Source of the DNA: a bacterium
GTDB lineage: Bacteria > Actinomycetota > Acidimicrobiia > Acidimicrobiales > Bin134
Length of the DNA stretch: 64,000 bases
Reading direction: 5' to 3'
NCBI GenBank assembly: GCA_026708015.1
Contig: JAPOVT010000048.1
Location: forward strand, 132,112-196,111
Positions 47,696 to 56,484 of the stretch are shown piece by piece. A program made the position numbers and the translations under genes. The notes under the pieces were generated by a model. That model did not search any database, had not been told where the DNA came from, and saw only the letters and a program-made list of their open reading frames with translations. Within the stretch, counting starts at the first letter, position 1. Each line of letters opens with the position of its first letter.

Positions 47696-49186
47696 ATGGC
47701 GAGCCTGGAGGAATTGGCCCCCGGTCTGGCCAAGTCGCGCCTGAACCACCTCCAGCGGCTCATGCGGACGTGGGCGCCGCTGGCTGACATCTCCTTTGCC
47801 GATCTGCTCTTGTATGTGCCCGCCAGCCCTACCACCGAAATCCCGGCGAGCTACGCCATAGCGGGGCAGATCCGGCCCACCACAGCCCGCTCCATCCATC
47901 GCAACAACTTGGTGGGATCGGTCTTCACCCCGGAGCAGCGCCCGCTGGTGGACGTGGCCTATCGGGAGGGGCGGATCACCGACGGCGGGCGGATCGGCTA
48001 CACCGACCAGCCCCGCATTCGCACGCTGACTGTGCCGGTGAACTGCCATGGCGAGGTGGTGGCGGTGATGGCCCGGGAGTTCGATCCCGACACCCAGCGC
48101 AACCCCGGCGAGCTGGAGATGAGCTACTTCAAGCTGTTCCGGCGGCTGGCGACCATGATCGCCGAAGGGGAGTACCCCTTCCCGGTGGACGACATCGAGA
48201 CCGAGGAGTCTCCCCGGGTGGGCGACGGGCTGATGCTGCTTGACTCCTCAGGCCGGGTTCAGCTCACCTCGCCCAACGCCGCCTCGGCATTGCATCGCAT
48301 TGGCCTCCACAGCGACGTGGAGGGTCGCCGGTTGGTGGATATCGGCTTGGAGCAGCGGGCCATCCGGGCTGCGTTCGCCTCCCGTCTGCCCCAGACCGAG
48401 GAGATCCAGCACGGGGACCGGGGAACCGTGGTGTTGCGCTGCCTGCCGCTGATCGGCCGGAGAGAGGTGACCGGCGCATTGGTGCTGATGCGGGACATCT
48501 CCGAGCTGCGGCGCCGAGACCGGCTGTTGATGTCCAAAGACGCCACCATCGCCGAGATCCACCACCGGGTGAAGAACAACCTCCAGACGGTGTCGTCGCT
48601 ATTGCGCTTGCAGGGGCGCCGGGCCGTCGCCGCCGAGGCCCGGGATGCCATCGAGGAGTCGGTGAGGCGCATCCGGGCCATCGCCATCGTGCATGAGATT
48701 CTGTCGCGCGACGCCAGCAGCGACGTACCGTTCGTGGAGATCGTGCGGTCGCTGGTACGCATGGTGGAGGAGGGCTTGACCGGCCCGGACCGGCCGGTTG
48801 AGTTCAAAGTGAGCGGCGATGCTGGAGAGCTGGCGGCCGACGTGGCCACCCCGCTGGCGGTGGTGCTGAACGAGTGTTTGCAGAACGTGATGGATCACGC
48901 CTACCCCGAGCCCCCCGGCGGGCAGGTGCGCATCGAGTTGGACAACGACGGCGATCAGGTGAAGGTGCGGGTGACTGACGACGGTGTCGGGCTGCCGCCC
49001 GGATTCGATGTAAGCAGCGCCGACGGGTTGGGCATTGCCATCGTAAGGAATCTGGTGAGCGCCGACCTGCGGGGCAGCATAACCATGAGCAACGGAGAGG
49101 GGGATCAGCCCCGTCGCGGCACCATTGTGGAAGTGGCCATTCCCCTGTTGGGGGCCGCCCCCCGCCAGAGCGCTAAGCCAAGATGA
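47696..49186 (+). CDS. pdtaS: Sensor histidine kinase, PdtaS-like (GAF/PAS plus HisKA_2/HATPase)
   Basis: H-box EIHHRVKNNLQTVSSLLRLQ. The position next to a whiB1-like gene matches M. tuberculosis pdtaS/whiB1. Confidence 0.8.
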   Translation: MASLEELAPGLAKSRLNHLQRLMRTWAPLADISFADLLLYVPASPTTEIPASYAIAGQIRPTTARSIHRNNLVGSVFTPEQRPLVDVAYREGRITDGGRIGYTDQPRIRTLTVPVNCHGEVVAVMAREFDPDTQRNPGELEMSYFKLFRRLATMIAEGEYPFPVDDIETEESPRVGDGLMLLDSSGRVQLTSPNAASALHRIGLHSDVEGRRLVDIGLEQRAIRAAFASRLPQTEEIQHGDRGTVVLRCLPLIGRREVTGALVLMRDISELRRRDRLLMSKDATIAEIHHRVKNNLQTVSSLLRLQGRRAVAAEARDAIEESVRRIRAIAIVHEILSRDASSDVPFVEIVRSLVRMVEEGLTGPDRPVEFKVSGDAGELAADVATPLAVVLNECLQNVMDHAYPEPPGGQVRIELDNDGDQVKVRVTDDGVGLPPGFDVSSADGLGIAIVRNLVSADLRGSITMSNGEGDQPRRGTIVEVAIPLLGAAPRQSAKPR

Positions 49187-49478
49187 TGGCGGCCTCGCGC
49201 TGCTCGGCCACCCTGCGGCGACGGAGCAGGCGGCGCTCGTCCTCGGAGGTGCCGCCCCAGATTCCCGAGTCCTGGTTGGTGGCCAAAGCGAACTCCAAGC
49301 AGTCGCTCTTGGCGTCGCAGGCCTGGCACACCACTTTGGCCGACTCGATCTGCTCGAGCGCCAACCCGGTGCTGCCCACCGGGAAGAACAGGTCGGGGTC
49401 GGTATCACGGCAGGCCGCTTGGCATCGCCAATCGTCCGCGCCGTTTTCAAATTTTTCCAGCAAGGTCTTCGTAATCAC
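49173..49478 (-). CDS. whiB: WhiB family redox-sensing transcription factor (WhiB1-like)
   Basis: Four Cys (CQAACRD...CQACDAKSDC), the turn GIWGG, and a basic tail RRLLRRRR. Its 3' end overlaps the kinase 3' end by 14 nt. Confidence 0.88.
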   Translation of the reverse strand: MITKTLLEKFENGADDWRCQAACRDTDPDLFFPVGSTGLALEQIESAKVVCQACDAKSDCLEFALATNQDSGIWGGTSEDERRLLRRRRVAEQREAAIILA

Positions 49479-49578
49479 GCGGGCACAAGGATAGGGGTGG
49501 TCTACTGGTGTGGCAAGAGGGGCTTATGGTGAACATGTTTATTGCTGATAATCGTGTTGTAGTTGTGGGGATTTTCAA

Positions 49579-50289
49579 GTGCGGGTGATCGCCCATCGGG
49601 GAGCTTCAAAGGCTGAGCGGGAGAACACGCTGGAGGCGTTTCGCGAGGCGGTGCGGCAGCATGCCGACGGAATCGAACTCGACGTGAGGCGCACGGCCAA
49701 CGACGTGCTAGTTGTGCACCACGATGCCCACCTGCCTGACGGCAGGGCCATCATCGAACTCCATGACAATGAGCTGCCCGACTGGGTACCGACTCTGGCC
49801 GAGGTCATGGACGTATGCCGGGCCCCGGCCTCCGAGCGGGAGTTTGTGATCAACATCGAGATCAAGAGCGCGCCCAACGATCCCGACTACGACGCCGAGC
49901 ACCAGGTGTCGGCCGCGGTGGCCGGGCTGGTGCTCGGGTGGGGGATAGGAGAGCACCGCGGAGAGGTGATCGTCTCTTCGTTCGACATCGAGGCCCTCAA
50001 TCGGATCAGGGCCATCGACCCTGGCATTCCCACTGCCTATCTGACCTTCGAGGTGTTAGCCCCCGAGCTACTGGTGGGCCGAGTAGTGGCCGCCGGTCAC
50101 ACCGCTATCCACCCCTACTTCGCTTCCACCAGCAAGGACCTCATCGACGCCGCCCATGCGGCCGGCGTTGAAGTCAACGTGTGGACCGTGAACGACCCAG
50201 ACCAAATCGCCCAACTCACTGCCATCGGTGCCGACGCCGTAATTACCGACGTCCCCGATATCGCCCGCGAAGTTCTAGGTAGGGGCTAA
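49579..50289 (+). CDS. Glycerophosphodiester phosphodiesterase
   Basis: VIAHRGASKAERENTLEAF and IELDVRRT motifs of the GDPD family. Confidence 0.85.
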   Translation: MRVIAHRGASKAERENTLEAFREAVRQHADGIELDVRRTANDVLVVHHDAHLPDGRAIIELHDNELPDWVPTLAEVMDVCRAPASEREFVINIEIKSAPNDPDYDAEHQVSAAVAGLVLGWGIGEHRGEVIVSSFDIEALNRIRAIDPGIPTAYLTFEVLAPELLVGRVVAAGHTAIHPYFASTSKDLIDAAHAAGVEVNVWTVNDPDQIAQLTAIGADAVITDVPDIAREVLGRG

Positions 50290-50320
50290 GAGATAGCTCG
50301 CTAACCGAAGGTCCAGCCCA

Positions 50321-50362
50321 CCCGGTTCGGTCCTTCAACTGAAATCTCGGCACCGAACCGGG
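50321..50362. terminator. Hairpin between convergent genes (11-bp perfect stem, 20-nt loop, no U-tract)
   Basis: CCCGGTTCGGT (50321-31) pairs with ACCGAACCGGG (50352-62). Confidence 0.35.
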
Positions 50363-50432
50363 ATGAGGCCGAGTCCACCCTTACTCGCTGGACTATGACT
50401 TCTTCCCGGAATTGCCGAAACTGCTGTCGGCA

Positions 50433-51704
50433 TCAGTTGAGTAGCACCGGTTGGTGGTTGCCTGGTCGAGTGGTGCTGACTCCTGTTTCGGGGAACGGGT
50501 CAGAATCCTTGGAGCGCGTGGCGGGTTTGGCCTGCCATGGTCTCAGGTGGGCGTAGGGTTTGGGCGGGGGTCTGAGTTCGTGGGTGCCGTCGTTTCGCCG
50601 GATCACTTCCCAGCCGTCGTCGTGAATATTGTGGTGGCAGCTTGTGCATACCAGCACGAGGTTGTCGATGTCGGTGCGCCCGCCTTTGAACCATTCTTCG
50701 ATGTGGTGGGCCTCGCACCATACTGCTGACCGTCCGCAGCCGATGCAGTGCTTGTCTCGCGCGATGAGCGCGGCTCGCTGGGCCTCGGTGGCCGAGCGGT
50801 GTTTGCGTCCCACCCAGAGATCTTGGTTCTTGGTGTTGAACACGCAGGGCAGAACATCAGCGTCACAGGCCAGCCGCAGCGCCTCAGACATTGGCAGCTT
50901 GTCGCCGTCGGGCAAGCGCACATCGGCGATCTTGCCATCAACAGGGTTCCACTGTGCGGTCAAGATCAGTGTGGTGCCTTGCGGCCTACGGTCGCTGATG
51001 TCGGCACAGACCAGGTTCTCCAGCGCGTCGGCCAGGCGCTGGTCGAATGTGGCTTGATTGTCGGTTTTTTCATCGCTGCGCAGCCGGCGTTCTTCGGCAG
51101 CTAGCGCGGCCTCGATCCTGTTGCCGGCCTCAGGGTCGAACCGCCCGTTCAGATTGAACATGCCGTCCTCAGGAGACTTGAAGACGCGCAATATGCGGCG
51201 CTCCCGCTTTTTCTCGAAAAGAGACTTGCCGTCGTCGCCGGACTGCTCGTGCTGATGATCGCGCAGCGTCCGCGAGAAGGCACCGTAATCCTCGCGGCGG
51301 GCTGCCTCTACCAACACGGCCTCGTCGACCGGTCCCTGAGAGGCGGCCTTGGCAATCTGCTTGGCATGGCCCGCGGGAATCTCACCTGCCGCCAGTGCAT
51401 CGAGTGTCTCGGGAACCTGAGAGAACTGGGAGGCGGTTTCCACCTCTCGACGGGCCTGTTGCTTGGAGGCCTGAAGTTCGTCCAGAGCCACTCTGCGGGC
51501 CAAGCCCTCACCGGCTCTACTGGAGTACTCAGCCAGCGCGGCCGTCTTCATTGCCGCCAGCCGGGCCTCGGACTTCTTGATCAGCCCCAGCCGCGCCCGC
51601 AACTCAGACAACGACAAGTCGGCCACATCCACCACCTCCGGCCACACCGGTTTGCTGGCAGGCCCATCAGCCCATTCCCCCTGTTCAGAGGCCATAAACT
51701 CCAT
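50433..51704 (-). CDS. DUF222 domain HNH endonuclease, copy B
   Basis: HNH motif CIGCGRSAVWCEAHHIEEWFKGGRTDIDNLVLVCTSCHHNIH. By eye, it matches copy A at roughly half or more of its positions along its whole length. Confidence 0.85.
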   Translation of the reverse strand: MEFMASEQGEWADGPASKPVWPEVVDVADLSLSELRARLGLIKKSEARLAAMKTAALAEYSSRAGEGLARRVALDELQASKQQARREVETASQFSQVPETLDALAAGEIPAGHAKQIAKAASQGPVDEAVLVEAARREDYGAFSRTLRDHQHEQSGDDGKSLFEKKRERRILRVFKSPEDGMFNLNGRFDPEAGNRIEAALAAEERRLRSDEKTDNQATFDQRLADALENLVCADISDRRPQGTTLILTAQWNPVDGKIADVRLPDGDKLPMSEALRLACDADVLPCVFNTKNQDLWVGRKHRSATEAQRAALIARDKHCIGCGRSAVWCEAHHIEEWFKGGRTDIDNLVLVCTSCHHNIHDDGWEVIRRNDGTHELRPPPKPYAHLRPWQAKPATRSKDSDPFPETGVSTTRPGNHQPVLLN

Positions 51705-51735
51705 GCAACAAGTCTACCGACACCAGTGACAGCTT

Positions 51736-52293
51736 CTATCTCCCCTGCACCGAGGGCTCTCGGCATAGCTCGGAGCGGGCTTGGGCGATTGTGTCGGGAG
51801 GAACTCCGAGGGTTTCGGCCACGGCTTCGTCCAACCGAGAATGAAACATGGCCGCCGCCGTCACTGCCAAAAGCCCCCGCTTGGCTGCCGCTCTGGTGGT
51901 ATCCCTGGTCTTGCCCTTCACTGTTTGCTGGGCTGGCAGATCCAGTTCTTCCGCCAACTCCAGCATTTGGTTCGGCGTCATTTCCTCACAGGCTTGGGTA
52001 AGCGCATCGTCGAGAGATCGGGCCACGGCTTCGGGATCGCCCCGCTGCTCGGGTATCAGCCGGACGGCCCGAGCGAGGTCGGGAGGCTGTCCCGAAGCAA
52101 ACCGCTCTGATGGGAGCGCCGCCCACTCGAGCACTGTCTCGTTATTGAAGGATTCGACCTGTAGTCCACCCGGGTAGTTCACTGCCACCGCCTCATGGGC
52201 AACTGCCTTGCCGAGTTCGTGCTCTCTCAACCGCTTTCGAGCATCAGCCAGCGCCCCGCGCCGGCTATCAATCTCGGCCTCAATGGCGACCAC
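51736..52293 (-). CDS. Hypothetical protein (orphan)
   Basis: 185-aa ORF with plausible composition, immediately upstream of HNH copy B on the same strand. No motif recognised. Confidence 0.45.
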   Translation of the reverse strand: MVAIEAEIDSRRGALADARKRLREHELGKAVAHEAVAVNYPGGLQVESFNNETVLEWAALPSERFASGQPPDLARAVRLIPEQRGDPEAVARSLDDALTQACEEMTPNQMLELAEELDLPAQQTVKGKTRDTTRAAAKRGLLAVTAAAMFHSRLDEAVAETLGVPPDTIAQARSELCREPSVQGR

Positions 52294-52560
52294 CAGACCA
52301 CCGACTTTTGCTTATATATCGAACCTCTTCTGGGCCGAACCTGGCTGCTGCTTTTCCGACCGGACAACGTCGATTCCTTCCTCCTTCAGGAGTTGGGCCA
52401 AGCGAACGTTCAGCGCGGCCTCGAAATCTGCGCTTCCAGATTCAGTTGAAGGCGCTGTGTCAAAGTCCCCCATGCTGCCCCAATCCAACATCCCGACGAT
52501 GTAGCGGGGATGGTAGGGGGCTTCACAGGGTGCGGTCCGTCAAGCTGAGGCAATAGCCGG

Positions 52561-52872
52561 TTGAACCTAAGCGCAGGTAGCTTCTGCGGTGTGAAGCCTC
52601 CTGTGGTTTATTGCAGCCAAGAATTGCGCCATCAAGTTGAGATCTGGGTCAAAGCGGCGAGGCGACAGGCGTGCATCGAGCGACTTGAAGACTCCGGCGA
52701 GTTCTACGCCTCTGTACCAAGGGCCAGAGGAGCGTGGGCCCGCGGGCCAACACCTGAGGAAGCCGAAGCGGAACTGGAGTCGGCTCTGGTGGATTGGGTG
52801 CTGCTCAAGTTGGAGCTCGGGGCCGACGACATCCCCGAGATGGGCGGCATCAGACTCACTGCTGATCTATGA
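52561..52872 (+). CDS. HicB-like (UPF0150) antitoxin-fold protein
   Basis: ERLEDSGEFYASVPRARGAWARGPTPEEAEAELESALVDWV fits the HicB N-terminal pattern (..dg.y.a.vP...G....G.T.eEA......al..w). The true start is probably internal. No HicA partner was seen. Confidence 0.45.
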   Translation: MNLSAGSFCGVKPPVVYCSQELRHQVEIWVKAARRQACIERLEDSGEFYASVPRARGAWARGPTPEEAEAELESALVDWVLLKLELGADDIPEMGGIRLTADL

Positions 52873-52931
52873 GCATTGGGCGAGCAAACATTGCTGCCTT
52901 GGGTTGCCATTCATTGTGCTAAGTTCGCACA

Positions 52932-54041
52932 ATGGGCGCTGTGGCCGAGGAAGTCCAGTTAGGTGCTCGTATTGCTGAGGCCCGTGATCTGGCGGGGCTG
53001 ACGCAAGAGGACGTTGCCGATCGTACCGGTCTTGGTCGAACAGTGATAGCCAAGATTGAGCGAGGAACACGCAAGCTCGGTGCGACGGAGCTTGTCTCGC
53101 TGGCCGAGACGCTTGATCGACCCGTCGACTGGTTTTTCACCGACTCCCCGCCGGCAGTGGTCAGTCGACGATCCGATCCGTCGGTTGGTGGTAGGTCCAA
53201 GGTGCTTGACACACGGGTGGAGAGGATCGCCCGCGATGTCGACTTCCTAGCTCGAGAAGAGGAGCTTCCTCAGGTAACGCGGCTCGAGCTTGCTTCGCTG
53301 TCAACGACGGAGGATTCGGAGCGAGCCGCCGCAGAGTTGCGCAAGCATCTGGAGGTCCGGGACGGGCCGTTGACCAACCTGTTGGCGCATGCGGAGCAAG
53401 CAGGGCTATTCGCGTTTTCGCTCGACTTGGGTCGAGATGGGGGAGACGCGGCCTATGTCGAGGTCGGAGATGTCGGGGTTGCGGTGGTCAATGGGGCACT
53501 TGACCCCGGACGGCGCCGATTCAACTTAGCCCATGAGCTTGGCCACCATGTGTTCATGGATGCGTATGCACCGGAAGTAGGACTTTCACCTCAGGATGAG
53601 CGAGAGAAGCTGATCAACGCGTTCGCGATCCACCTCTTGTTGCCGCGCAGTGGGGTTCGTACCCTGATATCGGAGTTCGGGACGAACTATCGTCTGGCAG
53701 CGGTTGCTGCCGCGGCTCGCTACCGGGTGAGTTGGACGGCGGTTTGTGCGCAGTTCCGCAACATTGAGGTGATCGATGCTGGCGCTCACGAAAATCTCGT
53801 GAATGAACCACCATCTCAGGTTGATCGCGTCGAGCTAGGGGAATATTGGGTGCCCGAACTCAATCCACCTGCCGTGCCCCCCCAATACGGCAAGAAAGTT
53901 CTGGCGGCGTACCGAAGGGGAAAGCTCACCGCGGCACGCGCTACTGAGCTTCTGTGGGGGACCGTCGATCGTGTTGGACTGCCACCTCAAGACGACATAC
54001 CTCTTGAGGCTTATCGCAGAGCGTTCGAATTCGAAGCGTGA
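52932..54041 (+). CDS. XRE-family HTH fused to an ImmA/IrrE (M78) zinc metallopeptidase domain
   Basis: N-terminal HTH (LGARIAEARDLAGLTQEDVADRTGLGRTVIAKIERG). HEXXH motif in NLAHELGHHVF. Confidence 0.85.
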   Translation: MGAVAEEVQLGARIAEARDLAGLTQEDVADRTGLGRTVIAKIERGTRKLGATELVSLAETLDRPVDWFFTDSPPAVVSRRSDPSVGGRSKVLDTRVERIARDVDFLAREEELPQVTRLELASLSTTEDSERAAAELRKHLEVRDGPLTNLLAHAEQAGLFAFSLDLGRDGGDAAYVEVGDVGVAVVNGALDPGRRRFNLAHELGHHVFMDAYAPEVGLSPQDEREKLINAFAIHLLLPRSGVRTLISEFGTNYRLAAVAAAARYRVSWTAVCAQFRNIEVIDAGAHENLVNEPPSQVDRVELGEYWVPELNPPAVPPQYGKKVLAAYRRGKLTAARATELLWGTVDRVGLPPQDDIPLEAYRRAFEFEA

Positions 54042-54574
54042 CGCAGTTCTTGGTTTTTGACAACTCTCCACTCAGCCACTTCGCCCGTGCCGGAAGGCTG
54101 AATGCGCTGGAGGAATTGGTTCAGGGATATCAGTGCTTCGTTCCTGTAGAAGTTCGCCAGGAGATTGTCGCAGGCATGGCGGTGTTTCCAGACCTGGCCG
54201 AAGTACTAGCAGTGTCATGGCTTGAACCGACTGAGATTGTCGAAGTGCGCGAGCTGGCAGCGTTTGCTCGCTACAAGTCAGAACTTGGAGGAGGAATCCA
54301 GGAGAATACTGGCGAGGCTGCTGTATTGGCCCGAACAAGCATTCATGGTGGCGTGGCGATCATCGACGAGCGTGCTGGCAATCGTTTAGCCCAACGCGAC
54401 GGGATTTTGGTTCAAGATTCGATGTGGCTGGTTGCTCAGGGAGTTCAGACAGGAGTGCTTGATCGTTCCCAGGCGGAGAACTTGGTTGATGATCTGCGAG
54501 CAACAGACATGTGGCTGCCGGTAAACGGGAGAGAGTTTTTTGCCTGGGCGTATCAGGAAGGGCTTCTGTCCTAA
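54038..54574 (+). CDS. PIN-like domain protein (DUF3368-like predicted nuclease)
   Basis: FLVFDNSPLSHFARAGRLNALEEL...GEAAVLA...AIIDERAGNRLA pattern of PIN-like proteins. GTGA overlap with the XRE-ImmA gene. Confidence 0.65.
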   Translation: MTQFLVFDNSPLSHFARAGRLNALEELVQGYQCFVPVEVRQEIVAGMAVFPDLAEVLAVSWLEPTEIVEVRELAAFARYKSELGGGIQENTGEAAVLARTSIHGGVAIIDERAGNRLAQRDGILVQDSMWLVAQGVQTGVLDRSQAENLVDDLRATDMWLPVNGREFFAWAYQEGLLS

Positions 54575-54579
54575 CCGAG

Positions 54580-55605
54580 CTAGCCCAAAGGCAGGGCTAA
54601 GGCGAGGGCGTTGGGGGCGTGGTGGAACTCGAGGCGGGTGGTTTCGCCGAGGTAGTCGCCGTCAAGCTGGTAGGGGAAGGGGGTGTCGCTGGCTACGACG
54701 GCACTGGTCACGTCGGTGCGGGAGTGGACGTGGCGGTGGGCGGCCACGGCCGGCCCATAGCCCAGGGCGCTGGCCGCGGTTCGAAGAAGGCGGATGGCCC
54801 GCAGCGATCGCAGGGTCACCATCGACAGGGGCGCATCCAAGGTGGCGTTGGGCATCACGTTGAAGGGGCGCGACCCTAGATAGGTGTAGGGGTTGGTGTT
54901 GAGGCAGATGGCGAACTGGCCGGTTGCCGTCTCGCCGTCGGGGTGGTAGACGGTGAATCGGGGGCGCGACCGGTCATAGTGGCGCAGCCAGGTGTCCACT
55001 GCCGCGTAGGCGAACAGAGCGTGGTTGGCATACCGCTTGAGTCCGGCCTTGCGCTCCACTTGCTGCACCACGGCGGCGTCGTATCCCACCCCCGCGTGGA
55101 ACAGGAAATACCTCCCGTTCACCTGGCCGACGCCCACCCGTTTGATGTGGCCTGCGGCCAGCGTCTCCAGCAGCATGGCGGCTGCCTCAACCGGATCGTC
55201 GGGCAGGCCGATGGTGCGGGCGAAAACGTTGGTCGATCCCCCAGGCAGGGGGGCCAGGGCCACGTCGGATCCGGCAACTCCGTTGACCGCTTCATTGAGG
55301 GTGCCGTCGCCGCCCAGCACCGCCACCACGTCGTAGCCGTCGGACACGGCCTCATGGGCTAGGCGCGAAGCGTGACCCCGCCGGCGAGTGGCGGCCAGCG
55401 TCACCTCGTGGTCGGCAGCCAGCGCTTTCTGGATGACAACTTGGGTCCGAGCGGTGACCGACGAGGCGTGAGGGTTGACAAGAAGCAGAACTTTCAGGCT
55501 TTCAACGCTACCGCTTGCATCGGAAAAGCCCACAACACGCGACCGGGTGCGGCGACACCTCGAACACAAAGCGGCAGCCCGCTTGTTGGCCAGCAGTAGT
55601 ACCAC
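54580..55605 (-). CDS. Diacylglycerol kinase-family lipid kinase
   Basis: VLLLVNPHASS... and VVAVLGGDGTLNEAVNG (DAGK catalytic motif). The true start is probably downstream of 55605. Confidence 0.8.
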   Translation of the reverse strand: MVLLLANKRAAALCSRCRRTRSRVVGFSDASGSVESLKVLLLVNPHASSVTARTQVVIQKALAADHEVTLAATRRRGHASRLAHEAVSDGYDVVAVLGGDGTLNEAVNGVAGSDVALAPLPGGSTNVFARTIGLPDDPVEAAAMLLETLAAGHIKRVGVGQVNGRYFLFHAGVGYDAAVVQQVERKAGLKRYANHALFAYAAVDTWLRHYDRSRPRFTVYHPDGETATGQFAICLNTNPYTYLGSRPFNVMPNATLDAPLSMVTLRSLRAIRLLRTAASALGYGPAVAAHRHVHSRTDVTSAVVASDTPFPYQLDGDYLGETTRLEFHHAPNALALALPLG

Positions 55606-55681
55606 TGCCGGTCACCAGTCCACCGCTCTACCCCTCTGTTTGGTTTTGCACCGCTGAGGTCGGGTGGGAGACTTGCACGCT

Positions 55682-56461
55682 ATGGACATTGTCGTCTGCG
55701 TGAAACAAATCCCCGATCCGGCCGATCCCGGGGAGCTCGACCCGGAGACCAACACCCTCAAGCGGGACATGAAGCTCATCATGGACGAGTCGGACTCATA
55801 CGGCGTGGAGATGGCCCTCCAGCTTCGCGACGCCGTCGGTGAGGGCGAGGTGACCTTGGTGTCGATGGCCCCCAACGAAGAGGTGAACGGTCTGCGCTCT
55901 GCGCTGGCGATGGGGGCCGACAAGGCCATTCTGGTCAGCGACGAGTCGTTGGCCGGAACCGACGCCCTGGGCACCGCCCGGGTTCTAGCCGCGGCCATCG
56001 GCCGGGCTCAGGCCGATCTGATCTTGGCCGCCACCGAGTCGTCCGATGGTTATACCGGCACGGTTCCCGAGCAGGTGGCTGAGCTGCTGGGTCTGCCCTC
56101 GGTGACCTTCGCCAAGGAGATCCAAGCCGACGGCGGCGAGGTGGTAGTTAAGCGCCAGACCGAGGACGGCTACGACGAGGTGCGGTGTCCGCTGCCCGCG
56201 GTGGTCTCGGTGACCGCCGGGGTGGTGGAGCCCCGCTACCCGTCGTTCAAGGGCATCATGGCGGCCAAGTCCAAGCCGATGGACCAGGTGGGCGTGGCCG
56301 ATTTGGGCATCAGCGCCGACCAGGTGGGCTGGGCCGGCGGTGGCCAGGAGATCACCGACGTCAGCCCCGCACCCGAGCGGGAGGCCGGTGAGATCGTCAC
56401 CGACGAGGGCGAGGCCCACGAGGCCATCATCGCCCTGCTCGAAGAGCTTCGGATCGTCTAA
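55682..56461 (+). CDS. etfB: Electron transfer flavoprotein beta subunit
   Basis: MDIVVCVKQIPDP N-terminus. ATG 55682 is preferred over GTG 55664. Confidence 0.9.
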   Translation: MDIVVCVKQIPDPADPGELDPETNTLKRDMKLIMDESDSYGVEMALQLRDAVGEGEVTLVSMAPNEEVNGLRSALAMGADKAILVSDESLAGTDALGTARVLAAAIGRAQADLILAATESSDGYTGTVPEQVAELLGLPSVTFAKEIQADGGEVVVKRQTEDGYDEVRCPLPAVVSVTAGVVEPRYPSFKGIMAAKSKPMDQVGVADLGISADQVGWAGGGQEITDVSPAPEREAGEIVTDEGEAHEAIIALLEELRIV

Positions 56462-56484
56462 GAGCAAGGACGCTAGGAGACAGC

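Noticed and set aside
49480-49500. A CRP-like site (TCACGCGGGCACA) upstream of whiB, by analogy with whiB1 regulation in mycobacteria.
   Set aside because: The half-site orientation and spacing do not fit TGTGA-N6-TCACA.
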